Shown: positions 12,487-27,300 of the stretch, in pieces
Position numbering within the stretch: the stretch's first letter is position 1
How the letters are laid out: the number at the start of each line of letters is the position of its first letter
Assembly: GCA_964016885.1 (NCBI GenBank)
Contig: OZ024754.1
Span: forward strand, 20,212,001 to 20,276,000
DNA from: Eledone cirrhosa
Taxonomy: Eukaryota
Reading direction: 5' to 3'
DNA length: 64,000 nucleotides
Notes under the pieces: generated by a model
The model's database searches: none
Told to the model about the DNA's origin: nothing
Seen by the model: the letters and a program-made list of their open reading frames with translations, nothing else
Position numbers and translations under genes: made by a program

Positions 12487-15400
12487 TTCCATGATATAGT
12501 TACTTTAGTTTCAACACAGTCACAGATCAAGTCACTTGCCAGACATGTACAACTATGGCTAAAATGACTCTTCCATGATATAGTTACTTTAGTTTCAACA
12601 CAATCTCAGATCAAGTCACTTGCCAGACATGTACAACTGTGGCTAAAATGACTCTTCCATGATATAGTTACGTTAGTTTCAACACAGTCACAGATAAAGT
12701 CACTTGCCAGACATGTACAACTGTGGCTAAAATGACTCTTCCATGATATAGTTACTTTAGTTTCAACACAATCTCAGATCAAGTCGCTTGCCAGACATGT
12801 ACAACTGTGGCTAAAATCGCTCTTCCATGATATAGTTACTTTAGTTTCAACACAATCTCAGATCAAAGTCACTTGCCAGACATGTACAACTGTGGCTAGT
12901 ATGACTCTTCCATGATATAGTTACTTTAGTTTCAATACTGTCTTAGATCAAGTCACTTGCCAGACTGTGGCTAAAATGACTCTTCCATGATATAGTTACT
13001 TTAGTTTCAAAACAGTCTCAGATCAAGTCACTTGCCAGACATTTACATCTGTGGCTAAAATGACTCTTCCATGATATAGTTACTTTAGTTTCAACACAGT
13101 CTCAGATCAAGTCACTTGCCAGACATGTACAACTGTGGCTAAAATGACTCTTCCATGATATAGTTACTATAGTTTCAACACAGTCTCAGATCAAGTCACT
13201 TGCCAGACATGTACAACTGTGGCTAAAATGACTCTTCCATGATATAGTTACTTTAGTTTCAACACAGTCTCAGATCAAGTCACTTGCCAGACATGTACAA
13301 CTGTTGCTAAAATGACTCTTCCATGATATAGTTACTTTAGTTTCAACACAGTCACAGATGAAGTCACTTGCCAGACATGTACAACTGAGGCTAAAATGAC
13401 TCTTCCATTATATAGTTACTTTAGTTTCAACATAATCTCACATCAAGTCACTTACCAGACATGTACAACAGTGGCTAAAATGACACTTCCATGATATAGT
13501 TACTTTAGTTTCAACACAGTTTCAGATCAAGTCACTTGCCAGACATGTACAACCGTGGCTAAGATGACTCTTCCATGATATAGTTACTTTAGTTTCAACA
13601 CAGTCACAGATCAAGTCACTTGCCAGACATGTACAACTATGGCTAAAATGACTCTTCCATGATATAGTTACTTTAGTTTCAACACAATCTCAGATCAAGT
13701 CACTTGCCAGACATGTACAACTGTGGCTAAAATGACTCTTCCATGATATAGTTACTTTAGTTTCAACACAGTCACAGATCAAGTCACTTGCCAGACATGT
13801 ACAACTGTGGCTAAAATGACTCTTCCGTGATATAGTTACTTTAGTTTCAACACAGTCTCAGATCAAGTCACTTGTCATACATGTACAACTGTGGCTAAAA
13901 TGACTCTTCCATGATATAGTTACTTTAGTTTCAAGACAGTCACAGATCAAGGGACTTGCCAGACACGTACAACTATGGCTAAAATGACTCTTCCATGATA
14001 TAGTCACTTTAGTTTCAACACAATCTCAGATCAAGACACTTGCCAGACATGTACAACTGTGGCTAAAGTGACTCTTCCATGATATAGTTACTTTAGTTTC
14101 AACACAGTCACAGATCAAGACACTTGCCAGACATGTACAACTGTGGCTAAAATGACTCTTCCATGATATAGTTACTTTAGTTTCAACAGTCACAGATCAA
14201 GTCACTTGCCAGACATGTACAACTGTGGCTAAAATGACTCTTCCATGATATAGTTACTTTAGTTTCAACACAGTCTCAGATCAGGGCACTTGCCAAACAT
14301 GTACAACTGTGGCTAAAATGACTCTTCCATGATATAGTTACTTTAGTTTCAACACAGTCTTAGATCAAGTCACTTGCCAGACTGTGGCTAAAATGACTCT
14401 TCCATGATATAGTTACTTTAGTTTCAACACAGTCTCAGATCAAGTTACTTACCAGACATGTACAACTGTGGGTAAAATGACTCTTCCATGATATAGTTAC
14501 TTTAGTTTCAACACAATCTCAGATCAGGTCACTTGCCAGACATGTACAACTGTGACTAAAATGACGCTTCCATGATATAGTTACTTTAGTTTCAACACAA
14601 TCTCAGATCAAGTCGCTTGCCAGACATGTACAACTGTGGCTAAAATCGCTCTTCCATGATATAGTTACTTTAGTTTCAACACAATCTCAGATCAAGTCAC
14701 TTGCCAGACATGTACAACTGTGCCTAAAATGACTCTTCCATGATATAGTTACTTTAGTTTCAACACAGTCACAGATCAAGTCACTTGCCAGACATGTACA
14801 ACTGTGGCTAAAATGACTCTTCCGTGATATAGTTACTTTAGTTTCAACACAGTCTCAGATCAAGTCACTTGTCATACATGTACAACTGTGGCTAAAATGA
14901 CTCTTCCATGATATAGTTACTTTAGTTTCAACACAGTCACAGATCAAGTCACTTGCCAGACACGTACAACTATGGCTAAAATGACTCTTCCATGATATAG
15001 TTACTTTAGTTTCAACACAGTTTCAGATCAAGTCACTTGCCAGACATGTACAACTGTGGCTAAGATGACTCTTCCATGATATAGTTACTTTAGTTTCAAC
15101 ACAGTCACAGATCAAGTCACTTGCCAGACATGTACAACTATGGCTAAAATGACTCTTCCATGATATAGTTACTTTAGTTTCAACACAATCACAGATCAAG
15201 TCACTTGCCAGACATGTACAACTGTGGCTAAAATGACTCTTCCATGATATAGTTACGTTAGTTTCAACACAGTCATAGATCAAGTCACTTGCCAGACATG
15301 TACAACTGTGGCTAAAATGACTCTTCCATGATATAGTTACTTTAGTTTCAACACAATCTCAGATCAAGTCGCTTGCCAGACATGTACAACTGTGGCTAAA

Positions 15401-18400
15401 ATCGCTCTTCCATGATATAGTTACTTTAGTTTCAACACAATCTCAGATCAAAGTCACTTGCCAGAGATGTACAACTGTGGCTAGTATGACTCTTCCATGA
15501 TATAGTTACTTTAGTTTCAATACTGTCTTAGATCAAGTCACTTGCCAGACTGTGGCTAAAATGACTCTTCCATGATATAGTTACTTTAGTTTCAAAACAG
15601 TCTCAGATCAAGTCACTTGCCAGACATTTACATCTGTGGGTAAAATGACTCTTCCATGATATAGTTACTTTAGTTTCAACACAGTCTCAGATCAAGTCAC
15701 TTGCCAGACATGTACAACTGTGGCTAAAATGACTCTTCCATGATATAGTTACTATAGTTTTAACACAGTCTCAGATCAAGTCACTTGCCAGACATGTACA
15801 ACTGTGGCTAAAATGACTCTTCCATGATATAGTTACTTTAGTTTCAACACAGTCTCAGATCAAGTCACTTGCCAGACATGTACAACTGTGGCTAAAATGA
15901 CTCTTCCATGATATAGTTACTTTAGTTTCAACACAGTCACAGATGAAGTCACTTGCCAGACATGTACAACTGAGGCTAAAATGACTCTTCCATTATATAG
16001 TTACTTTAGTTTCAACACAATCTCACATCAAGTCACTTACCAGACATGTACAACAGTGGCTAAAATGACACTTCCATGATATAGTTACTTTAGTTTCAAC
16101 ACAGTTTCAGATCAAGTCACTTGCCAGACATGTACAACCGTGGCTAAGATGACTCTTCCATGATATAGTTACTTTAGTTTCAACACAGTCACAGATCAAG
16201 TCACTTGCCAGACATGTACAACTATGGCTAAAATGACTCTTCCATGATATAGTTACTTTAGTTTCAACACAATCTCAGATCAAGTCACTTGCCAGACATG
16301 TACAACTGTGGCTAAAATGACTCTTCCATGATATAGTTACTTTAGTTTCAACACAGTCACAGATCAAGTCACTTGCCAGACATGTACAACTGTGGCTAAA
16401 ATGACTCTTCCGTGATATAGTTACTTTAGTTTCAACACAGTCTCAGATCAAGTCACTTGTCATACATGTACAACTGTGGCTAAAATGACTCTTCCATGAT
16501 ATAGTTACTTTAGTTTCAACACAGTCACAGATCAAGTCACTTGCCAGACACGTACAACTATGGCTAAAATGACTCTTCCATGATATAGTCACTTTAGTTT
16601 CAACACAATCTCAGATCAAGACACTTGCCAGACATGTACAACTGTGGCTAAAGTGACTCTTCCATGATATAGTTACTTTAGTTTCAACACAGTCACAGAT
16701 CAAGTCACTTGCCAGACATGTACAACTGTGGCTAAAATGACTCTTCCATGATATAGTTACTTTAGTTTCAACACAGTCACAGATCAAGTCACTTGCCAGA
16801 CATGTACAACTATGGCTAAAATGACTCTTCCATGATATAGTTACTTTAGTTTCAACACAATCTCAGATCAAGTCACTTGCCAGACATGTACAACTGTGGC
16901 TAAAATGACTCTTCCATGATATAGTTACGTTAGTTTCAACACAGTCACAGATCAAGTCACTTGCCAGACATGTACAACTGTGGCTAAAATGACTCTTCCA
17001 TGATATAGTTACTTTAGTTTCAACACAATCTCAGATCAAGTCGCTTGCCAGACATGTACAACTGTGGCTAAAATCGCTCTTCCATGATATAGTTACTTTA
17101 GTTTCAACACAATCTCAGATCAAAGTCACTTGCCAGACATGTACAACTGTGGCTAGTATGACTCTTCCATGATATAGTTACTTTAGTTTCAATACTGTCT
17201 TAGATCAAGTCACTTGCCAGACTGTGGCTAAAATGACTCTTCCATGATATAGTTACTTTAGTTTCAAAACAGTCTCAGATCAAGTCACTTGCCAGACATT
17301 TACATCTGTGGCTAAAATGACTCTTCCATGATATAGTTACTTTAGTTTCAACACAGTCTCAGATCAAGTCACTTGCCAGACATGTACAACTGTGGCTAAA
17401 ATGACTCTTCCATGATATAGTTACTATAGTTTCAACACAGTCTCAGATCAAGTCACTTGCCAGACATGTACAACTGTGGCTAAAATGACTCTTCCATGAT
17501 ATAGTTACTTTAGTTTCAACACAGTCTCAGATCAAGTCACTTGCCAGACATGTACAACTGTTGCTAAAATGACTCTTCCATGATATAGTTACTTTAGTTT
17601 CAACACAATCACAGATGAAGTCACTTGCCAGACATGTACAACTGAGGCTAAAATGACTCTTCCATTATATAGTTACTTTAGTTTCAACACAATCTCACAT
17701 CAAGTCGCTTACCAGACATGTACAACAGTGGCTAAAATGACACTTCCATGATATAGTTACTTTAGTTTCAACACAGTTTCAGATCAAGTCACTTGCCAGA
17801 CATGTACAACCGTGGCTAAGATGACTCTTCCATGATATAGTTACTTTAGTTTCAACACAGTCACAGATCAAGTCACTTGCCAGACATGTACAACTATGGC
17901 TAAAATGACTCTTCCATGATATAGTTACTTTAGTTTCAACACAATCTCAGATCAAGTCACTTGCCAGACATGTACAACTGTGGCTAAAATGACTCTTCCA
18001 TGATATAGTTACTTTAGTTTCAACACAGTCACAGATCAAGTCACTTGCCAGACATGTACAACTGTGGCTAAAATGACTCTTCCGTGATATAGTTACTTTA
18101 GTTTCAACACAGTCTCAGATCAAGTCACTTGTCATACATGTACAACTGTGGCTAAAATGACTCTTCCATGATATAGTTACTTTAGTTTCAAGACAGTCAC
18201 AGATCAAGTCACTTGCCAGACACGTACAACTATGGCTAAAATGACTCTTCCATGATATAGTCACTTTAGTTTCAACACAATCTCAGATCAAGACACTTGC
18301 CAGACATGTACAACTGTGGCTAAAGTGACTCTTCCATGATATAGTTACTTTAGTTTCAACACAGTCACAGATCAAGTCACTTGCCAGACATGTACAACTG

Positions 18401-20750
18401 TGGCTAAAATGACTCTTCCATGATATAGTTACTTTAGTTTCAACACAGTCACAGATCAAGTCACTTGCCAGACATGTACAACTGTGGCTAAAATGACTCT
18501 TCCATGATATAGTTACTTTAGTTTCAACACAGTCTCAGATCAGGGCACTTGCCAAACATGTACAACTGTGGCTAAAATGACTCTTCCATGATATAGTTAC
18601 TTTAGTTTCAACACAGTCTTAGATCAAGTCACTTGCCAGACTGTGGCTAAAATGACTCTTCCATGATATAGTTACTTTAGTTTCAACACAGTCTCAGATC
18701 AAGTTACTTACCAGACATGTACAACTGTGGGTAAAATGACTCTTCCATGATATAGTTACTTTAGTTTCAACACAATCTCAGATCAGGTCACTTGCCAGAC
18801 ATGTACAACTGTGACTAAAATGACGCTTCCATGATATAGTTACTTTAGTTTCAACACAATCTCAGATCAAGTCGCTTGCCAGACATGTACAACTGTGGCT
18901 AAAATCGCTCTTCCATGATATAGTTACTTTAGTTTCAACACAATCTCAGATCAAGTCACTTGCCAGACATGTACAACTGTGGCTAAAATGACTCTTCCAT
19001 GATATAGTTACTTTAGTTTCAACACAGTCACAGATCAAGTCACTTGCCAGACATGTACAACTGTGGCTAAAATGACTCTTCCGTGATATAGTTACTTTAG
19101 TTTCAACACAGTCTCAGATCAAGTCACTTGTCATACATGTACAACTGTGGCTAAAATGACTCTTCCATGATATAGTTACTTTAGTTTCAACACAGTCACA
19201 GATCAAGTCACTTGCCAGACACGTACAACTATGGCTAAAATGACTCTTCCATGATATAGTTACTTTAGTTTCAACACAGTTTCAGATCAAGTCACTTGCC
19301 AGACATGTACAACTGTGGCTAAGATGACTCTTCCATGATATAGTTACTTTAGTTTCAACACAGTCACAGATCAAGTCACTTGCCAGACATGTACAACTAT
19401 GGCTAAAATGACTCTTCCATGATATAGTTACTTTAGTTTCAACACAATCTCAGATCAAGTCACTTGCCAGACATGTACAACTGTGGCTAAAATGACTCTT
19501 CCATGATATAGTTACGTTAGTTTCAACACAGTCATAGATCAAGTCACTTGCCAGACATGTACAACTGTGGCTAAAATGACTCTTCCATGATATAGTTACT
19601 TTAGTTTCAACACAATCTCAGATCAAGTCGCTTGCCAGACATGTACAACTGTGGCTAAAATCGCTCTTCCATGATATAGTTACTTTAGTTTCAACACAAT
19701 CTCAGATCAAAGTCACTTGCCAGAGATGTACAACTGTGGCTAGTATGACTCTTCCATGATATAGTTACTTTAGTTTCAATACTGTCTTAGATCAAGTCAC
19801 TTGCCAGACTGTGGCTAAAATGACTCTTCCATGATATAGTTACTTTAGTTTCAAAACAGTCTCAGATCAAGTCACTTGCCAGACATTTACATCTGTGGGT
19901 AAAATGACTCTTCCATGATATAGTTACTTTAGTTTCAACACAGTCTCAGATCAAGTCACTTGCCAGACATGTACAACTGTGGCTAAAATGACTCTTCCAT
20001 GATATAGTTACTATAGTTTTAACACAGTCTCAGATCAAGTCACTTGCCAGACATGTACAACTGTGGCTAAAATGACTCTTCCATGATATAGTTACTTTAG
20101 TTTCAACACAGTCTCAGATCAAGTCACTTGCCAGACATGTACAACTGTGGCTAAAATGACTCTTCCATGATATAGTTACTTTAGTTTCAACACAGTCACA
20201 GATGAAGTCACTTGCCAGACATGTACAACTGAGGCTAAAATGACTCTTCCATTATATAGTTACTTTAGTTTCAACACAATCTCAGATCAAGTCACTTGCC
20301 AGACATGTACAACTGTGGCTAAAATGACTCTTCCATGATATAGTTACTTTAGTTTCAACACAGTCACAGATCAAGTCACTTGCCAGACATGTACAACTGT
20401 GGCTAAAATGACTCTTCCGTGATATAGTTACTTTAGTTTCAACACAGTCTCAGATCACGTCACTTGTCATACATGTACAACTGTGGCTAAAATGACTCTT
20501 CCATGATATAGTTACTTTAGTTTCAACACAGTCACAGATCAAGTCACTTGCCAGACACGTACAACTATGGCTAAAATGACTCTTCCATGATATAGTCACT
20601 TTAGTTTCAACACAATCTCAGATCAAGACACTTGCCAGACATGTACAACTGTGGCTAAAGTGACTCTTCCATGATATAGTTACTTTAGTTTCAACACAGT
20701 CACAGATCAAGTCACTTGCCAGACATGTACAACTGTGGCTAAAATGACTC
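12487..20750. repeat. 51-monomer tandem duplication (4257/4259 bp); second copy lacks ~3 monomers near 20250-20290
   Basis: Markers GGCTAGTATG (12894/17151), CCAGAGATG (15461/19720), CTGTTGCT (~13301/~17558), TCAAGACAGTC (~13931/~18188). The offset changes by 2 across the 82-bp monomer at 14159-14240. Confidence 0.85.
16996..18826. repeat. One complete ~22-monomer cycle (1831 bp) of the underlying higher-order order
   Basis: AAGTCGCTTG occurs at 17038 and 18869; 22x84-18+1=1831. Most major monomer types occur once in between. Confidence 0.8.
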
Positions 20751-22333
20751 TTCCATGATATAGTTACTTTAGTTTCAACACAGTCACAGATCAAGTCACT
20801 TGCCAGACATGTACAACTCTGGCTAAAATGACTCTTCCATGATATAGTTACTTTAGTTTCAACACAGTCTCAGATCAGGGCACTTGCCAAACATGTACAA
20901 CTGTGGCTAAAATGACTCTTCCATGATATAGTTACTTTAGTTTCAACACAGTCTTAGATCAAGTCACTTGCCAGACTGTGGCTAAAATGACTCTTCCATG
21001 ATATAGTTACTTTAGTTTCAACACAGTCTCAGATCAAGTTACTTACCAGACATGTACAACTGTGGGTAAAATGACTCTTCCATGATATAGTTACTTTAGT
21101 TTCAACACAATCTCAGATCAGGTCACTTGCCAGACATGTACAACTGTGACTAAAATGACGCTTCCATGATATAGTTACTTTAGTTTCAACACAATCTCAG
21201 ATCAAGTCGCTTGCCAGACATGTACAACTGTGGCTAAAATCGCTCTTCCATGATATAGTTACTTTAGTTTCAACACAATCTCAGATCAAGTCACTTGCCA
21301 GACATGTACAACTGTGGCTAAAATGACTCTTCCATGATATAGTTACTTTAGTTTCAACACAGTCACAGATCAAGTCACTTGCCAGACATGTACAACTGTG
21401 GCTAAAATGACTCTTCCGTGATATAGTTACTTTAGTTTCAACACAGTCTCAGATCAAGTCACTTGTCATACACGTACAACTGTGGCTAAAATGACTCTTC
21501 CATGATATAGTTACTTTAGTTTCAACACAGTCACAGATCAAGTCACTTGCCAGACACGTACAACTATGGCTAAAATGACTCTTCCATGATATAGTTACTT
21601 TAGTTTCAACACAGTCACAGATCAAGTCACTTGCCAGACATGTACAACTGTGGCTAAAATGACTCTTCCATGATATAGTTACTTTAGTTTCAACACAGTC
21701 ACAGATGAAGTCACTTGCCAGACATGTACAACTGAGGCTAAAATGACTCTTCCATGATATAGTTACGTTAGTTTCAACACAGTCACAGATCAAGTCACTT
21801 GCCAGACATGTACAACTGTGGCTAAAATGACTCTTCCATGATATAGTTACTTTAGTTTCAACACAATCTCAGATCAAGTCGCTTGCCAGACATGTACAAC
21901 TGTGGCTAAAATCGCTCTTCCATGATATAGTTACTTTAGTTTCAACACAATCTCAGATCAAAGTCACTTGCCAGACATGTACAACTGTGGCTAAAATGAC
22001 TCTTCCATGATATAGTTACTTTAGTTTCAATACTGTCTTAGATCAAGTCACTTGCCAGACTGTGGCTAAAATGACTCTTCCATGATATAGTTACTTTAGT
22101 TTCAAAACAGTCTCAGATCAAGTCACTTGCCAGACATTTACATCTGTGGCTAAAATGACTCTTCCATGATATAGTTACTTTAGTTTCAACACAGTCTCAG
22201 ATCAAGTCACTTGCCAGACATGTACAACTGTGGCTAAAATGACTCTTCCATGATATAGTTACTATAGTTTCAACACAGTCTCAGATCAAGTCACTTGCCA
22301 GACATGTACAACTGTGGCTAAAATGACTCTTCC

Positions 22334-24250
22334 ATGATATAGTTACTTTAGTTTCAACACAGTCTCAGATCAAGTCACTTGCCAGACATGTACAACTGTG
22401 GCTAAAATGACTCTTCCATGATATAGTTACTTTAGTTTCAACACAGTCACAGATGAAGTCACTTGCCAGACATGTACAACTGAGGCTAAAATGACTCTTC
22501 CATTATATAGTTACTTTAGTTTCAACACAATCTCACATCAAGTCACTTACCAGACATGTACAACAGTGGCTAAAATGACACTTCCATGATATAGTTACTT
22601 TAGTTTCAACACAGTTTCAGATCAAGTCACTTGCCAGACATGTACAACCGTGGCTAAGATGACTCTTCCATGATATAGTTACTTTAGTTTCAACACAGTC
22701 ACAGATCAAGTCACTTGCCAGATATGTACAACTATGGCTAAAATGACTCTTCCATGATATAGTTACTTTAGTTTCAACACAATCTCAGATCAAGTCACTT
22801 GCCAGACATGTACAACTGTGGCTAAAATGACTCTTCCATGATATAGTTACTTTAGTTTCAACACAGTCACAGATCAAGTCACTTGCCAGACATGTACAAC
22901 TGTGGCTAAAATGACTCTTCCGTGATATAGTTACTTTAGTTTCAACACAGTCTCAGATCAAGTCACTTGTCATACATGTACAACTGTGGCTAAAATGACT
23001 CTTCCATGATATAGTTACTTTAGTTTCAACACAGTCACAGATCAAGTCACTTGCCAGACACGTACAACTATGGCTAAAATGACTCTTCCATGATATAGTC
23101 ACTTTGGTTTCAACACAATCTCAGATCAAGACACTTGCCAGACATGTACAACTGTGGCTAAAATGACTCTTCCATGATATAGTTACTTTAGTTTCAACAC
23201 AGTCACAGATCAAGTCACTTGCCAGACACGTATAACCATGGCTAAAATGACTCTTCCATGATATAGTCACTTTAGTTTCAACACAGTCTCAGATCAAGAC
23301 ACTTGCCAGACATGTACAACTGTGGCTAAAGTGACTCTTCCATGATATAGTTACTTTAGTTTCAACACAGTCACAGATCAAGTCACTTGCCAGACATGTA
23401 CAACTGTGGCTAAAATGACTCTTCCATGATATAGTTACTTTAGTTTCAACACAGTCTCAGATCAAGTCACTTGCCAGACATGTACAACTGTGGCTAAAAT
23501 GACTCTTCCATGATATAGTTACTTTAGTTTCAACACAGTCACAGATGAAGTCACTTGCCAGACATGTACAACTGAGGCTAAAATGACTCTTCCATTATAT
23601 AGTTACTTTAGTTTCAACACAATCTCACATCAAGTCACTTACCAGACATGTACAACAGTGGCTAAAATGACACTTCCATGATATAGTTACTTTAGTTTCA
23701 ACACAGTTTCAGATCAAGTCACTTGCCAGACATGTACAACCGTGGCTAAGATGACTCTTCCATGATATAGTTACTTTAGTTTCAACACAGTCACAGATCA
23801 AGTTACTTGCCAGATATGTACAACTATGGCTAAAATGACTCTTCCATGATATAGTTACTTTAGTTTCAACACAATCTCAGATCAAGTCACTTGCCAGACA
23901 TGTACAACTGTGGCTAAAATGACTCTTCCATGATATAGTTACTTTAGTTTCAACACAGTCACAGATCAAGTCACTTGCCAGACATGTACAACTGTGGCTA
24001 AAATGACTCTTCCGTGATATAGTTACTTTAGTTTCAACACAGTCTCAGATCAAGTCACTTGTCATACATGTACAACTGTGGCTAAAATGACTCTTCCATG
24101 ATATAGTTACTTTAGTTTCAACACAGTCACAGATCAAGTCACTTGCCAGACACGTACAACTATGGCTAAAATGACTCTTCCATGATATAGTCACTTTAGT
24201 TTCAACACAATCTCAGATCAAGACACTTGCCAGACATGTACAACTGTGGC
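22334..24250. repeat. Duplication with 13-monomer offset (1092 bp); boundaries approximate
   Basis: Marker GATATGTACAACTATGG at 22721 and 23813, with the same flanking monomer order; 13x84=1092. Confidence 0.7.
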
Positions 24251-24345
24251 TAAAGTGACTCTTCCATGATATAGTTACTTTAGTTTCAACACAGTCACAG
24301 ATCAAGTCACTTGCCAGACATGTACAACTGTGGCTAAAATGACTC

Positions 24346-27300
24346 TTCCATGATATAGTTACTTTAGTTTCAACACAGTCACAGATCAAGTCACTTGCCA
24401 GACATGTACAACTGTGGCTAAAATGACTCTTCCATGATATAGTTACTTTAGTTTCAACACAGTCTCAGATCAGGGCACTTGCCAAACATGTACAACTGTG
24501 GCTAAAATGACTCTTCCATGATATAGTTACTTTAGTTTCAACACAGTCTTAGATCAAGTCACTTGCCAGACTGTGGCTAAAATGACTCTTCCATGATATA
24601 GTTACTTTAGTTTCAACACAGTCTCAGATCAAGTTACTTACCAGACATGTACAACTGTGGGTAAAATGACTCTTCCATGATATAGTTACTTTAGTTTCAA
24701 CACAATCTCAGATCAGGTCACTTGCCAGACATGTACAACTGTGACTAAAATGACGCTTCCATGATATAGTTACTTTAGTTTCAACACAATCTCAGATCAA
24801 GTCGCTTGCCAGACATGTACAACTGTGGCTAAAATCGCTCTTCCATGATATAGTTACTTTAGTTTCAACACAATCTCAGATCAAGACACTTGCCAGACAT
24901 GTACAACTGTGGCTAAAGTGACTCTTCCATGATATAGTTACTTTAGTTTCAACACAGTCACAGATCAAGTCACTTGCCAGACATGTACAACTGTGGCTAA
25001 AATGACTCTTCCATGATATAGTTACTTTAGTTTCAACACAGTCACAGATCAAGTCACTTGCCAGACATGTACAACTGTGGCTAAAATGACTCTTCCATGA
25101 TATAGTTACTTTAGTTTCAACACAGTCTCAGATCAGGGCACATGCCAAACATGTACAACTGTGGCTAAAATGACTCTTCCATGATATAGTTACTTTAGTT
25201 TCAATACTGTCTTAGATCAAGTCACTTGCCAGACTGTGGCTAAAATGACTCTTCCATGATATAGTTACTTTAGTTTCAAAACAGTCTCAGATCAAGTCAC
25301 TTGCCAGACATGTACAACTGTGGCTAAAATGACTCTTCCATGATATAGTTACTATAGTTTCAACACAGTCTCAGATCAAGTCACCTGCCAGACATGTACA
25401 ACTGTGGCTAAAATGACTCTTCCATGATATAGTTACTTTAGTTTCAACACAGTCACAGATGAAGTCACTTGCCAGACATGTACAACTGAGGCTAAAATGA
25501 CTCTTCCATTATATAGTTACTTTAGTTTCAACACAATCTCACATCAAGTCACTTACCAGACATGTACAACAGTGGCTAAAATGACTCTTCCATGATATAG
25601 TTACTTTAGTTTCAACACAGTTTCAGATCAAGTCACTTGCCAGACATGTACAACTGTGGCTAAGATGACTCTTCCATGATATAGTTACTTTAGTTTCAAC
25701 ACAGTCACAGATCAAGTCACTTGCCAGACATGTACAACTGTGGCTAAAATGACTCTTCCATGATATAGTTACTTTAGTTTCAACACAGTCACAGATCAAG
25801 TCACTTGCCAGACATGTACAACTGTGGCTAAAATGACTCTTCCGTGATATAGTTACTTTAGTTTCAACACAGTCACAGATCAAGTCACTTGCCAGACACG
25901 TACAACTATGGCTAAAATGACTCTTCCATGATATAGTTACTTTAGTTTCAACACAATCTCAGATCAAGACACTTGCCAGACATGTACAACTGTGGCTAAA
26001 GTGACTCTTCCATGATATAGTTACTTTAGTTTCAACACAGTCACAGATCAAGTCACTTGCCAGACATGTACAACTGTGGCTAAAATGACTCTTCCATGAT
26101 ATAGTTACTTTAGTTTCAACACAGTCTTAGATCAAGTCACTTGCCAGACTGTGGCTAAAATGACTCTTCCATGATATAGTTACTTTAGTTTCAACACAGT
26201 CTCAGATCAAGTTACTTACCAGACATGTACAACTGTGGCTAAAATGACTCTTCCATGATATAGTTACTATAGTTTCAACACAGTCTCAGATCAAGTCACT
26301 TGCCAGACATGTACAACCGTGGCTAAAATGACTCTTCCATGATATAGTTACTTTAGTTTCAACACAGTCTCAGATCAAGTCACTTGCCAGACATGTACAA
26401 CTGTGGCTAAAATGACTCTTCCATGATATAGTTACTTTAGTTTCAACACAGTCACAGATGAAGTCACTTGCCAGACATGTACAACTGAGGCTAAAATGAC
26501 TCTTCCATTATATAGTTACTTTAGTTTCAACACAATCTCACATCAAGTCACTTACCAGACATGTACAACAATGGCTAAAATGACTCTTCCATGATATAGT
26601 TACTTTAGTTTCAACACAGTTTCAGATCAAGTCACTTGCCAGACATGTACAACTGTGGCTAAGATGACTCTTCCATGATATAGTTACTTTAGTTTCAACA
26701 CAGTCACAGATCAAGTCACTTGCCAGACATGTACAACTGTGGCTAAAATGACTCTTCCATGATATAGTTACTTTAGTTTCAACACAGTCACAGATCAAGT
26801 CACTTGCCAGACATGTACAACTGTGGCTAAAATGACTCTTCCGTGATATAGTTACTTTAGTTTCAACACAGTCACAGATCAAGTCACTTGCCAGACACGT
26901 ACAACTATGGCTAAAATGACTCTTCCATGATATAGTTACTTTAGTTTCAACACAATCTCAGATCAAGACACTTGCCAGACATGTACAACTGTGGCTAAAG
27001 TGACTCTTCCATGATATAGTTACTTTAGTTTCAACACAGTCACAGATCAAGTCACTTGCCAGACATGTACAACTGTGGCTAAAATGACTCTTCCATGATA
27101 TAGTTACTTTAGTTTCAACACAGTCTTAGATCAAGTCACTTGCCAGACTGTGGCTAAAATGACTCTTCCATGATATAGTTACTTTAGTTTCAACACAGTC
27201 TCAGATCAAGTTACTTACCAGACATGTACAACTGTGGCTAAAATGACTCTTCCATGATATAGTTACTTTAGTTTCAACACAATCTCAGATCAAGTCACTT

